From Croceivirga sp. (GTDB lineage Bacteria; Bacteroidota; Bacteroidia; Flavobacteriales; Flavobacteriaceae), in NCBI GenBank assembly GCA_965230555.1, contig OZ246014.1:3091119-3155118 (forward strand): DNA of 64,000 bases, written 5' to 3'. Numbering within the stretch: the first letter of the stretch is position 1; the number at the start of each line of letters is the position of its first letter. The position numbers were made by a program, and so were the translations under genes. Below, in pieces: positions 1 to 9,801 of this stretch. A model generated the notes under the pieces. That model had not been told where the DNA came from. It did not search any database and saw nothing but the letters and a program-made list of their open reading frames with translations.

Positions 1-823
1 TTATTTCATTGGGATGTGTGGATCCCTTGATCTCCCCAATAACATTATAGGATTCCACATCGGGAAAGTATTTACAGTTCTGGTTAAAATAAAACTTGGT
101 ATTGGGATTCAATTTTAGGGTTGTGCCCAACAATTCTGCCCCATTGGTGCTGATCGCTGCCGCTGGAATCCTATCTTCAACAGCTATATCCCCATAGGCC
201 ATGGAACCCGTATGGGGATAATCGTCCAATCTAAGGGTCATAGAACGCACAACAACACCCACGGCCCCATATTTGGCCGCCTCGGCCGCACCAGAATAGC
301 GTTGATCCACACACCTCCCATAAGCCTCAAAGGTATTGATCACGGTGGGATCCATAGGGCGATTGTAGAACACAATCTTACCCTCTATCTTTTCACGCCC
401 CAATTTTTCCAAATCTTCAAGTCCCTTTACTTCGACCACATTTGCTTTGACCCCTCCATCCGGTGTGCCCACAGATCCACCCAATGCACAGATGGCGACA
501 TTGGTGGTGTGTCCCGGTTTTGTTTCCAGATAGGCAAACTCGGGCGTGCCCCTCACCCACTTGGGCACCATGACCGGTTGTAGCCAAACACGATCCAGCC
601 CCAGGGAATCCAACTGCCGCTTGGTATAGTCCACAGCCTGTTGCGCCTGCACAGAACCCGAAAGCCTACCCCCTATTTGATTGGACAAATAATTGAGCCA
701 GCCATAAGCTTTGCCCTCGGTCAAGGCGGTATCGTATATCTTTTTTATCTGTACCTCATCCCCACTTTGCGAAAAAGCAACCTGAAAGGAAACCATAATG
801 GCTAAGAGCAGTACTTTTTTCAT
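1..823 (-). CDS. M28-family aminopeptidase (PA-domain type), N-terminal ~274 codons; 3' end lies beyond the window start
   Basis: Hand translation of the minus strand from ATG 823-821 gives MKKVLLLAIMVSFQVAFSQSGDEVQIKKIYDTALTEGKAYGWLNYLSNQIGGRLSGS...LGLDRVWLQPVMVPKWVRGTPEF..., open down to position 2. It has a signal peptide and an ATGA start/stop overlap with the upstream PPK2 gene. It is absent from the ORF track because there is no stop in the window. Confidence 0.6.
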   Translation of the reverse strand, partial: MKKVLLLAIMVSFQVAFSQSGDEVQIKKIYDTALTEGKAYGWLNYLSNQIGGRLSGSVQAQQAVDYTKRQLDSLGLDRVWLQPVMVPKWVRGTPEFAYLETKPGHTTNVAICALGGSVGTPDGGVKANVVEVKGLEDLEKLGREKIEGKIVFYNRPMDPTVINTFEAYGRCVDQRYSGAAEAAKYGAVGVVVRSMTLRLDDYPHTGSMAYGDIAVEDRIPAAAISTNGAELLGTTLKLNPNTKFYFNQNCKYFPDVESYNVIGEIKGSTHPNEI

Positions 824-1755
824 AAATTTTCTTTTTCCAATTCTTGTTTGAACGTAGCCAAATTAGCCTTTATTTCATCATCCAATTCGGGTTCCTCAAC
901 GTCTTTGTATTTTTTTAACGAATCAAGTAGAATGCGTGCCACCAACAACCGAGCCGCATCTTTATTATCGGCAGGGACAATGTACCAAGGTGCGTGTGGC
1001 TTAGAGGTCTTGTTAATGGCCTCTTCATAACAGGCTTGGTAGGCATCCCAGAGTTTACGCTCCTTCAAATCACCCGGGGAAAATTTCCAGTTCTTTTCCT
1101 TGAGCCGTATACGCCTTAGCAAACGCTTTCGCTGTTCTTCCTTGGACAGGTGCAAAAAGAACTTGTATATCAAGGTTCCATTCTCGGCCACATGCCGCTC
1201 AAAATCATTGATCTGGCGGTAACGTTTTTCCCAAAAAGCTCCATCAACATCTTCTACCGAGTCTATTCCCGGAATATTCTCCGCCATGATGTAGCCCGGG
1301 TGAACTTTGGTCACCAACACATTCTCATAATGTGTCCTGTTGAACACGGAAAACTTACCACGTTCCGGCAATGCCAAATAATGCCTCCAGATATAGTCAT
1401 GTTTCCGCTCCCTCTCTGTGGGAACCTTAAAACTGTGCACGACCACACCCCTTACGTTAAAATCCTTGAAAACCTCACGTATTAGACTGTCCTTGCCCGC
1501 AGTATCCATTCCCTGCAAACATATCAACACCCCATATTTGCCATGGGCATAAAGCTTATCTTGAAATTTGCCAAGGTCCTTCCTCACTTTCTTGAGTTCC
1601 TTTTCTAACTCCTTATCCGATCGATCAAAATCCTCATACGTTTTTTCAGACGCCAAGGAAATGGGAGCATCGACCCTAAATTGGTTCAAATCTTTGATAT
1701 CCATGCGGAAAATATAGCCATTTTGAACATTCAATCCTACAAACACCCCTACCAT
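820..1755 (-). CDS. Polyphosphate kinase 2 family protein (polyphosphate:nucleotide phosphotransferase)
   Basis: P-loop GMDTAGKD, RHYLALPERGKFSVFNRTHYE block, and a size typical of PPK2. The true start is probably MDIKDL at 1704. Confidence 0.85.
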   Translation of the reverse strand: MVGVFVGLNVQNGYIFRMDIKDLNQFRVDAPISLASEKTYEDFDRSDKELEKELKKVRKDLGKFQDKLYAHGKYGVLICLQGMDTAGKDSLIREVFKDFNVRGVVVHSFKVPTERERKHDYIWRHYLALPERGKFSVFNRTHYENVLVTKVHPGYIMAENIPGIDSVEDVDGAFWEKRYRQINDFERHVAENGTLIYKFFLHLSKEEQRKRLLRRIRLKEKNWKFSPGDLKERKLWDAYQACYEEAINKTSKPHAPWYIVPADNKDAARLLVARILLDSLKKYKDVEEPELDDEIKANLATFKQELEKENL

Positions 1756-1871
1756 TCATCTATGATTTGAAATAATGATGCCTTTAATGGGTAAAAAAAA
1801 GCGAAATAACGAGGATTTTTTTGTGTGTTGAACTCCAAAATTAAATTTGATGTACCAAATCTGTCGAACCC

Positions 1872-2588
1872 ATGACAACCTATAAAAGAATTATACTTTT
1901 ACTGTGTGCCATTTTAGGTCTGTTGGGATTTCTTTTAATGGTATCCTTCAAAGGCTTAGATGCTTGTGAGTATGCCAATACCAGTATAGATTTTGTAAAG
2001 ACCCAAACCCAGACAGCACTTCAGGCCAAAGACTTGAACATGGTAAAGTTGTTCAGCAACAAAGCGCTGAACACCATGGCCAAGACCAAGACAAACTTTA
2101 TTGACTGCGGATGTGTTAGTGCCACCGAGACCATTGACCATATTGAAAAAAACCTTACACTGGTTTCCCGTTCAAAAAACTTGAAGGAGTCCAAAACCTT
2201 TCTTAAGGCAGCCTTGCAAAGTACCCTTTTGAGCATAGCGTTGTTGCGGGAATATGAAGAGGAAAAAGACAGCTTTTATGGCGATGATGTTCTGGTAATG
2301 AACACTCGTTCCGCCATTGATGAACAAGGAGGAATTATTACCCCAAGAGGAAAGGTCCATGAAGAAAAAATAAGGAAAAGCTTGGTAGAGTTTAGGGAAT
2401 CCCTTGCAAATGTGATAAAATACGTGGAATGCACCGAAGCATTTTCATTCATTTCCAAAATCCACAGAAAAGCCAAAAATGACCTTGAAGACCCCGCACT
2501 TTCCGATAACGAAAAGTTTTACCACGAACAGATCAGGGACATATCGTACCAGGCACTTTTACAATTGGATGGTTGCCCTGTAGACTGA
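1872..2588 (+). CDS. Hypothetical membrane-anchored protein
   Basis: 238-aa ORF with one N-terminal TM helix (IILLLCAILGLLGFLLMVSF) and a helical remainder. No family recognised. Confidence 0.5.
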   Translation: MTTYKRIILLLCAILGLLGFLLMVSFKGLDACEYANTSIDFVKTQTQTALQAKDLNMVKLFSNKALNTMAKTKTNFIDCGCVSATETIDHIEKNLTLVSRSKNLKESKTFLKAALQSTLLSIALLREYEEEKDSFYGDDVLVMNTRSAIDEQGGIITPRGKVHEEKIRKSLVEFRESLANVIKYVECTEAFSFISKIHRKAKNDLEDPALSDNEKFYHEQIRDISYQALLQLDGCPVD

Positions 2589-3752
2589 TCATTTGCTGGC
2601 AAACAATTTTACATCATCTTCAGAGACCTCCTTGCCTCCCAAAATAATCAACCGTTCCACCACATTTCTCAATTCTCTAACATTTCCTGTCCAATCGTAG
2701 CCCTGCAAAAGCTCAATGGCGGTCTTGCTGAATTTTTTCGGGGCCGTACCCTGCTCTTCGGAAATCTTTCTGGAAAAATGCCCAATCAAAATCGGGATAT
2801 CATTTCGCCTATCGTTCAATGCGGGCACCTGGATTAAAATGACCGCCAGACGATGGTAGAGATCTTCACGGAACTTGCCATCTTCAATCTCTTTTTTTAG
2901 GTTTTTGTTGGTGGCCGCCAAAACACGGACATCCACTTTAATATCCTTATCGCTGCCCACCCTGGAAATTTTGTTCTCCTGTAAGGCACGTAAAACTTTG
3001 GCCTGCGCAGACAGGCTCATATCGCCAACCTCGTCAAGGAAAATAGTGCCCTTGTTGGCGGCTTCAAACTTACCGGCCCTGTCCTTGACCGCCGAGGTAA
3101 AGGCTCCCTTTACATGCCCGAACAATTCACTCTCAATCAATTCAGAAGGTATGGCTGCACAGTTCACCTCAATAAAAGGAGCGGATGAGCGCGGACTTTT
3201 TTCGTGCAACCAATGGGCCACCAATTCCTTTCCCGTTCCGTTGGGCCCGGTAATCAATACCCTGGCATCTGTGGGAGCCACTTTTTCTATCATTTCCTTG
3301 ATGATCTCCAACTCTTTGCTTTCCCCGATCATCTCGTAATTTTTACTGACCCTTTTCTTTAAGATCTTGTTCTCTACCACCAATTCTTTACGGTCCAGGG
3401 CATTCCTTACCGTGGTCAGCAACCTATTTAAATCTGGTGGTTTAGAAATGTAATCAAAGGCACCCAGCCTCATGGTGTTCACGGCCGTATCCAGATCCCC
3501 ATGGCCAGAAATCATGATAAAGGGAATTTCTGGTTTTATCTTTTTGGCCGCCTCAAGCACTTCTACCCCATCCATTTTGGGCATCTTTATATCGCACAAC
3601 ACCAAATCATAATCTTCCTTCTTGAGTTTTTCAAGCCCTTTGACCCCATCTTCGGCTTCTTGAACCTCATAGGTATCACTCTCTTCACTCAAAATTTTGA
3701 CCAAAACCCTTCTAATGGCAGCTTCGTCTTCTATGACCAGTATCTTTGACAT
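2589..3752 (-). CDS. Sigma-54-dependent response regulator (REC + AAA+ activator domain, no C-terminal HTH)
   Basis: REC domain (DLVLCDIKMPKMDG). AAA+ domain has Walker A GPNGTGKE, GAFTSA loop, Walker B FLDEVGD and GNVRELRN. The protein ends about 25 aa after the AAA+ domain. Confidence 0.85.
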   Translation of the reverse strand: MSKILVIEDEAAIRRVLVKILSEESDTYEVQEAEDGVKGLEKLKKEDYDLVLCDIKMPKMDGVEVLEAAKKIKPEIPFIMISGHGDLDTAVNTMRLGAFDYISKPPDLNRLLTTVRNALDRKELVVENKILKKRVSKNYEMIGESKELEIIKEMIEKVAPTDARVLITGPNGTGKELVAHWLHEKSPRSSAPFIEVNCAAIPSELIESELFGHVKGAFTSAVKDRAGKFEAANKGTIFLDEVGDMSLSAQAKVLRALQENKISRVGSDKDIKVDVRVLAATNKNLKKEIEDGKFREDLYHRLAVILIQVPALNDRRNDIPILIGHFSRKISEEQGTAPKKFSKTAIELLQGYDWTGNVRELRNVVERLIILGGKEVSEDDVKLFASK

Positions 3753-3761
3753 TCTATCGTT

Positions 3762-4670
3762 TTAAAAAATTGAAACCCTAAATCCTGTTCTAAAGTACAG
3801 ATTTGATTCGTCATTCAATACAAAGACACTGTTTCTTTGATCGTTCCTTAAAATTCCCTCTTGCCATATCGATTTTCCGCCCAGTACATAAAACTTCAAA
3901 TATTTGGCTATTTTAAACTGGTATTCCAAACCGATCACTAAGGCGGAAAAAGAAATCTTTGAACCTATTTCATCATCGGGCAAGGCAATGTCCTGTTGAA
4001 TGTTCATAAAGTACCCATCCAATAATAATGCCAATTGCAACATGTTATGGTCGTTGGGATGATATCTGAAGTTCATTCTGGGAATACCCAACATATAGGA
4101 CCATTTTTTATGAAAACGCCTGTCATAACTGATCAGGGGCAATGGTACGGGCAGCCCTGTTGTACTATTGTAACTTAACCCCAACACAATCCTGTAGGGC
4201 TTTTCCGCATCCTTGGCCTCTTTCCAAAATGTGGCCGTGGCATTGAAGAAAAAATCGTCTGAAATGGTCCCATCGGTAAAGTTTGAGGCAAAACGGGGGG
4301 TCACAATCCCCACCAACCTCCAATTCTCGTTCCATTTGGCTATATAGCCCAAGTTAAGGTCAATGACATGAAAACGATTCAGTTCAGTGACATCAAAAGG
4401 GACTTGCTTGTTGTATTCTATTCCAAACCGATTATATTCGGCACCTGTCACAAGATAATTTTCCTTACCAACCTTAAAGGGTACGTTGGCCGAAATCCGA
4501 TAACGCTCGGTCTTTATTCCCGTATCGTTTTCTGGGAACGATAGGTATTCCAATCGGAACAGGTCTGTGTTCTGCGCAAAGGCGGTTTCTACCAAAATAA
4601 GGCATACCATAACGCATACCCACTTATGAAACAATGTCTTTGATGTTAGGTTTAGTGAAATGGGACTCAA
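3762..4670 (-). CDS. Outer-membrane beta-barrel protein, unknown function
   Basis: Signal peptide, alternating-hydrophobic strand pattern rich in aromatic residues, C-terminal ...GFRVSIF (terminal Phe). Confidence 0.6.
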   Translation of the reverse strand: MSPISLNLTSKTLFHKWVCVMVCLILVETAFAQNTDLFRLEYLSFPENDTGIKTERYRISANVPFKVGKENYLVTGAEYNRFGIEYNKQVPFDVTELNRFHVIDLNLGYIAKWNENWRLVGIVTPRFASNFTDGTISDDFFFNATATFWKEAKDAEKPYRIVLGLSYNSTTGLPVPLPLISYDRRFHKKWSYMLGIPRMNFRYHPNDHNMLQLALLLDGYFMNIQQDIALPDDEIGSKISFSALVIGLEYQFKIAKYLKFYVLGGKSIWQEGILRNDQRNSVFVLNDESNLYFRTGFRVSIF

Positions 4671-5557
4671 TCTGTTTTGTTTTGATAAAGATGGACATCC
4701 CGTTGGGGGAACGGTATGCTAACGTTGTTTTTCCTGAATTTCTTATCAATTGCAAACCGAATTGCACTTTTTATCTTGGGATCGCTAAAACTGTCATTGG
4801 TGTAAAAATGGAGGGAGAACATCAGGGCCGAATCACCAAAATCATCAAAAAGCACCATTGGCTCCGGTTTTTTTAAAATCGCTTTCTGCTCCTTTGCGGA
4901 ATCCAGTAAGAGTTGGCACACCAATTCAACATCACTGCCGTAGGCCACCCCAACCTTGACAGCTTCGCGCGTGGTCTTATGGTTTTGGGTATAATTATAG
5001 ATGACATCGCTAATAAACTTGTGATTGGGTATGACGATGACCTTGTCATCCCGGGTAATGGCCCTAGTGGTCCTCAGTTTTATCTCAATGACCCGTCCCA
5101 CTTTGCCATCTACCTCTACGACATCCCCTACAACCAATGATTTGTCCGTGATGATAAAAACGCCACCTATTATATCCTGGAACAACTCTTGCAAGGCCAG
5201 ACCCAAACCTACAAAAAGAGCGGCAGATGCGGTAAGGATCACGGTCACATTAATCCCGGCCGCACTCAGCGTGAGCAGGATCACCACCAAGTATATCACA
5301 TATTTGATGAACTTGAAGACACTGATGAATTTGAACTTGTCCTCTTGCTCCATTTTTCTGGTAAGCAAGCTACGCGACCACTTTAAAACATAATTGGTGA
5401 CTATGAGGGTGGTTATGAGCAGTAATAATAGGCCTATGGTCAAATGTATTTCGCCCTTTCCCGTAGGGATATGAAAACCTATGTTTAGAAATTCCTGAAT
5501 GGAACCCCAAACGTCTTTTTCAATTATCTCCTTGATATCATGGGTGTTTTCCTGCAT
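4667..5557 (-). CDS. Mechanosensitive ion channel (MscS family)
   Basis: Three TM helices followed by GDVVEVDGKVGRVIEIKLRTTRAITRDDKVIVIPN (MscS beta-domain signature). Start trimmed to MQENTHD because the 347-aa ORF overlaps the upstream permease by about 145 nt. Confidence 0.8.
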   Translation of the reverse strand: MQENTHDIKEIIEKDVWGSIQEFLNIGFHIPTGKGEIHLTIGLLLLLITTLIVTNYVLKWSRSLLTRKMEQEDKFKFISVFKFIKYVIYLVVILLTLSAAGINVTVILTASAALFVGLGLALQELFQDIIGGVFIITDKSLVVGDVVEVDGKVGRVIEIKLRTTRAITRDDKVIVIPNHKFISDVIYNYTQNHKTTREAVKVGVAYGSDVELVCQLLLDSAKEQKAILKKPEPMVLFDDFGDSALMFSLHFYTNDSFSDPKIKSAIRFAIDKKFRKNNVSIPFPQRDVHLYQNKTD

Positions 5558-5565
5558 TGCCCGAT

Positions 5566-6906
5566 CTAATATTTCAACCACTTGTAAAGCTCGGCATAGG
5601 TTGGTTTTTTGCCATACATCAAAATCCCTACCCGATAGATCTTGGCTGCCAACCATACAATGGACAGGAACGTTACCAATAGCAACACAATGGAGAGGAC
5701 AAACTGCCAAGTGGGTACCCCACCGGCGCCAATGCCACTGGGCAATCGCATCAACATTACAATGGGCGAGGTCAACGGAAACAGCGAAAAACCAACAGCT
5801 ATGGGCCCATGTGGGTTACTGAAAACAGAGAAAAAGCCCACATATATGGCCAACATTAGGGGAAGGATAATGGGAAAAATAAACTGTTGCGTATCGGTCT
5901 CATTGTCCACTGCCGCCCCTATGGCCGCATAAATTGAACTATAGATCAGATAACCCAGCACAAAGTAGATGAGAAAAGAGAAAATCAATACACCCCATTG
6001 AATATTCAGGATTTCCCTTCCCACAGATTTAATTTTTTCAAAATCCTCTGGAGAAAAATCCTGGGCCGCTCCTGCGGTCATGGCCTTAATGTTTGATCTG
6101 TCTAAAAGTATCATCGGGTCTATCCCAAAAATTGCCAGTGCAATGATCAAAAGAATCCCTGCAGAGACGACCCATATAGTAAACTGGGTCACTCCCGCAA
6201 AAGAAGTTCCTATTATCTTGCCCAACATCAATTGGAAAGGTTTGACCGAAGAAATGATGACCTCGATGATCCGAGTGGTCTTTTCCTCTATCACACTCCG
6301 CATCACAAATCCTCCATAGATGATGATGAACATCATGATCAAATATCCAAAGGCCCCGCCTACCATTGCCCGTATAATGTTTAAATCCTCAACATTTTGT
6401 TCTCCCTCAAAAGTGGCAATGTCCACATCAAACTTCTTTTCAACATCTATATATTCTGCACTGCTCAAGCCCAACACTTGCAAACGATGTTCGCGGAGCC
6501 TCATCTGAAAAACATTCTCTACCTTAGAGAGTACTTCACTTATAGGGCTGGTGGTGGAATAGAAAACACTGCTGTCGGCCACTTTTTCCACATCCGTCCC
6601 CTTTGGGATGTACAACAATCCGTAATACTCCAATGTTGCGGTAGAATCCTTGGCCTCCTCTACCGTGAGGTCTTTAAACTGTACGTAGCTTAAGGTCTCT
6701 GTTGGGTTGAATGCATTGGAAAAATAATCGCTATTGTTCAAAACAGCTATCACGCGCTGCTCGCCCTCGTTGATCTTGGTCAGATACGCGATCAGTACGA
6801 TCATACCTACCATTAGAATAGGGCTTAAAAATGTCATGATCACAAAAGAGCGGTTGCGCACTTTGGCCAAATATTCCCTTTTGATTATTAACTTTAGTTT
6901 ACCCAT
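5566..6906 (-). CDS. ABC-2 type transporter permease (NatB-like)
   Basis: N-terminal TM helix, a large extracytoplasmic loop, then about 5 TM helices. 1-nt overlap with the preceding ABC ATPase gene. Confidence 0.75.
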   Translation of the reverse strand: MGKLKLIIKREYLAKVRNRSFVIMTFLSPILMVGMIVLIAYLTKINEGEQRVIAVLNNSDYFSNAFNPTETLSYVQFKDLTVEEAKDSTATLEYYGLLYIPKGTDVEKVADSSVFYSTTSPISEVLSKVENVFQMRLREHRLQVLGLSSAEYIDVEKKFDVDIATFEGEQNVEDLNIIRAMVGGAFGYLIMMFIIIYGGFVMRSVIEEKTTRIIEVIISSVKPFQLMLGKIIGTSFAGVTQFTIWVVSAGILLIIALAIFGIDPMILLDRSNIKAMTAGAAQDFSPEDFEKIKSVGREILNIQWGVLIFSFLIYFVLGYLIYSSIYAAIGAAVDNETDTQQFIFPIILPLMLAIYVGFFSVFSNPHGPIAVGFSLFPLTSPIVMLMRLPSGIGAGGVPTWQFVLSIVLLLVTFLSIVWLAAKIYRVGILMYGKKPTYAELYKWLKY

Positions 6907-7835
6907 TAGCTTGCTTGTTCCACAGCTTTAATAAATATGTCGTTGACTGTAGGCATGGTCTCATGAAAATGGTTGAGCTGTCCTTTTTCGGTAAGAATGG
7001 ATAGCAATTCACGGGTATCGTCCGTTTCCAATTGTACCTTAAGGTCCAATTGGTGTTCCTCTTCATGGTATGCCGAATCCAAGACCCTATAACGGCTTTC
7101 AATGTATTTTACCACATCATTTGCATGGCCGTTCAAATGTAGGCCAATGTTGTACTCGTTGCTTTTAAAATCTTTTTTTATATCCTTAAGACGACCATCC
7201 AGCACCTTTTTTGAATTGTTCAATAAGGTGATGTGGTCGCAGAGCTCTTCCACAGACTCCATTCGGTGTGTCGAAAAGATAATGGATGTTCCCCTTTTTT
7301 TCAATTCCAAAATCTCATCCTTGATCCTATTGGCGTTTATAGGATCAAAACCACTAAAGGGTTCATCAAAAATAAGCAGTTTGGGCTCGTGCAGTACGGT
7401 AACGATGAATTGAATCTTTTGGGCCATTCCCTTGGACAGTTCCTGAATCTTCTTGTTCCACCAATCGCCAATTTCCAAGCGTTCAAACCAAGATTTAAGT
7501 CGTTTCCCTGCTTCCTGTTTGGACAGCCCTTTCAATTGGGCCAGGTAAAGGGCCTGTTCCCCCACCTTCATGCTTTTGTACAATCCACGTTCCTCGGGCA
7601 AATATCCTATCTGGGCAACATGTGATGGGCTCAAGGGTTCCCCATCAAAATAAAGCCGACCTGAATCTGGGTGGGTAATTTGATTGATGATGCGTATAAG
7701 CGTTGTCTTGCCCGCACCATTGGGTCCCAAAAGACCGTAGATACAATTTTTAGGTATGGTCAACGAAACTTCATCCAAAGCAACGTGCCCCACAAATTTT
7801 TTGGTCACACGCTCAGCGGCAACAATATGCTCCAT
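6906..7835 (-). CDS. ABC transporter ATP-binding protein (NatA-like)
   Basis: Walker A GPNGAGKTT, signature LSKGMAQK, Walker B LLIFDEPFSGFD, H-loop FSTHRM. Confidence 0.9.
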   Translation of the reverse strand: MEHIVAAERVTKKFVGHVALDEVSLTIPKNCIYGLLGPNGAGKTTLIRIINQITHPDSGRLYFDGEPLSPSHVAQIGYLPEERGLYKSMKVGEQALYLAQLKGLSKQEAGKRLKSWFERLEIGDWWNKKIQELSKGMAQKIQFIVTVLHEPKLLIFDEPFSGFDPINANRIKDEILELKKRGTSIIFSTHRMESVEELCDHITLLNNSKKVLDGRLKDIKKDFKSNEYNIGLHLNGHANDVVKYIESRYRVLDSAYHEEEHQLDLKVQLETDDTRELLSILTEKGQLNHFHETMPTVNDIFIKAVEQAS

Positions 7836-8011
7836 CCAATCAATTTTACCAAATATACATATAATGCAAAGTCCTTTTTGGAACTAAAAACAAAACCCAC
7901 CCTTAAAAGGATTAAGGATGGGAAAAAAATTGCTATGAAAAAGAAAATTAGATACTGAAACCAGTATCAAAGTCAAATATACGCTTTTTCGCCAAACAAT
8001 ATAGATTTTCT

Positions 8012-9130
8012 TTATGAGAACATATCTTTTACCTTTTCAAAGAAGGATTTGTCAGATTTTTCTGGTTTTGGAGCAAAGTTTTCATCGTTTTGCATACGCT
8101 CAAAAAACTCGCGTTGCTCTTTGTTCAATTCCTTTGGGGTCCATACATTTATATGGACCAATAGGTCCCCGCTTCCATAACCATTCAAACTTGATATGCC
8201 CTTGCCACGTAAGCGCAAAATTTTTCCTGACTGTATCCCCGATTCCAGTTTGATACGAACCTTGCCGCCAACGGCATCTATTTCCTTGGAGGTTCCCAAC
8301 ACTGCCTCGGACAAACTGATGTAGAGATCGTAATGGAGGTTATCCCCTTCACGTTTTAATGTGGAGTGTTCCAAGGTCTCTATCGCCACCAATAAATCGC
8401 CAGGTATTCCCCCATTTCCAGGGGCATTGTTTCCTTTTCCAGAGACTTTTAACTGCATGCCCTCTTCTACACCTGGTGGTATCTTGATGCTCACGGTTTC
8501 CTCTACCGTAACCATGCCTTGGCTATCTGCCCCAGCGGGTTTTCTGTCAATAATCTGTCCAGAGCCCCCACAAGTACTACAGGTTGTGGCCGTTTGCATA
8601 CGACCTAGAATGGTATTGGTGATCTTGGTGATCTGACCACTACCGTTACAAGTAGGGCAAGTCTTGTAGGTTACCCCTTCGGCCTGTATCTTTCGCCTTA
8701 CCTTGACCTTCTTTTCAACGCCGTTGGCAATCTCTTCCAAATTTAATTTTACCCGAATACGGAGGTTGCTGCCCTTTACCCGGCGTTGGCCTCCACCGCC
8801 AAAGCCTCCAAATCCGCTAAAACCACCGCCAAAAGCACTGCCGAAGATGTCACCGAACTGGCTAAAAATATCGTCCATGTTCATGCCTCCACCACCAAAA
8901 CCACCGCCTTCAAAAGCGGCATGGCCAAACTGGTCATACTTGGCCCGCTTGTCTGGGTCGCTCAACACCTCATAAGCTTCGGCTGCCTTTTTAAACATCT
9001 CTTCGGCCTTGGTGTCTCCCGGATTTTTATCCGGATGGTATTCCAAAGCCTTCTTGCGATACGCTTTCTTGATCTCCGCTGCCGAGGCCCCTTTTGAAAC
9101 CCCCAATATTTCGTAGTAATCCTGTTTCAT
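8012..9130 (-). CDS. dnaJ: Molecular chaperone DnaJ
   Basis: J domain with [11 protein letters not shown]-rich linker, CPTCNGSG and CSTCGGSG motifs, C-terminal substrate-binding domains. Lies directly downstream of grpE. Confidence 0.95.
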   Translation of the reverse strand: MKQDYYEILGVSKGASAAEIKKAYRKKALEYHPDKNPGDTKAEEMFKKAAEAYEVLSDPDKRAKYDQFGHAAFEGGGFGGGGMNMDDIFSQFGDIFGSAFGGGFSGFGGFGGGGQRRVKGSNLRIRVKLNLEEIANGVEKKVKVRRKIQAEGVTYKTCPTCNGSGQITKITNTILGRMQTATTCSTCGGSGQIIDRKPAGADSQGMVTVEETVSIKIPPGVEEGMQLKVSGKGNNAPGNGGIPGDLLVAIETLEHSTLKREGDNLHYDLYISLSEAVLGTSKEIDAVGGKVRIKLESGIQSGKILRLRGKGISSLNGYGSGDLLVHINVWTPKELNKEQREFFERMQNDENFAPKPEKSDKSFFEKVKDMFS

Positions 9131-9139
9131 GGTGTTGTA

Positions 9140-9733
9140 TTAGTTTCCTACCACCACTTTTGGGTGTCTTATAATTCTATCTCCCAACTTGAATCCCTTC
9201 TCTACGACATCAATGATTTTTCCCTTCATCTTTTTTTCGGGAGCGGGAATCTGGGTGATCGCATCGTGTATCTCTGCATCAAAAACATCGCCTTGCCCAA
9301 CTTCTATCTGCTCCAAACCTTTGCTCTTGAGCGTATCCTTTAATTTGTTGTTGATGAGTTCCACACCTTTGAACATCTCTACGTCTTCGCTTTTAGACAG
9401 TTCTTTTAAAGCCCTGTCAAAGTCATCCAATACCGGTAACAATGACACCATAATGTCTTGCCCGGCAGTCTTGAACAGTTCTACACGTTCCTTTGATGTT
9501 CTTTTCTTAAAGTTTTCAAATTCTGCGAACAAACGCAAAAACTTATCCTTTTCTTGTGCCAAATCTTCCCGCAACTGCTCTTCTTCACTTTTTTCTTCCT
9601 TGTCAGCAGATTCATCACTGCCAGAGTCTTCCATGGTTTCCCCTGTTTTTGACATTTCTTCTTCTGGAGTGGTCTCTTTTATTTCTTCAACAGCGTCTTC
9701 GGCCTTTTGTTTTTTGCTCATTTTTCGATGCAT
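9140..9733 (-). CDS. grpE: Nucleotide exchange factor GrpE
   Basis: Acidic N-terminus, coiled coil (FLRLFAEFENFKKR), C-terminal beta domain (HDAITQIP...GFKLGDRIIRHPKVVV). An alternative start MSKKQK lies at 9721. Confidence 0.9.
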   Translation of the reverse strand: MHRKMSKKQKAEDAVEEIKETTPEEEMSKTGETMEDSGSDESADKEEKSEEEQLREDLAQEKDKFLRLFAEFENFKKRTSKERVELFKTAGQDIMVSLLPVLDDFDRALKELSKSEDVEMFKGVELINNKLKDTLKSKGLEQIEVGQGDVFDAEIHDAITQIPAPEKKMKGKIIDVVEKGFKLGDRIIRHPKVVVGN

Positions 9734-9751
9734 TTATGCGATTTGAAGTGG

Positions 9752-9759
9752 CAAAAGTA
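9752..9759 (-). promoter_or_regulatory. Bacteroidetes-type -7 box TACTTTTG upstream of grpE
   Basis: Exact TAnnTTTG on the minus strand, about 20 nt upstream of the grpE ATG. Embedded in the palindrome TGGCAA-N5-TTGCCA (9749-9765). Confidence 0.5.
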
Positions 9760-9801
9760 TTGCCAATCCATGTAAAATGTCAAAATGTCATTCAAAAACA
9801 T

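Noticed and set aside
212-583. 123-aa plus-strand ORF at the window start
   Set aside because: It lies antisense inside the well-supported M28 peptidase reading frame. Its composition (H/G/R/I-rich) looks like a shadow ORF.
820-823. ATGA start/stop overlaps (PPK2/M28 here; also Trx/ApbE and BlaI/M56)
   Set aside because: This is ordinary translational coupling in operons and is not noteworthy on its own.
8703-9097. Pro/Lys-rich plus-strand ORFs (90 and 103 aa)
   Set aside because: They are antisense translations of the Gly/Phe-rich linker of dnaJ, so they are a low-complexity artefact.
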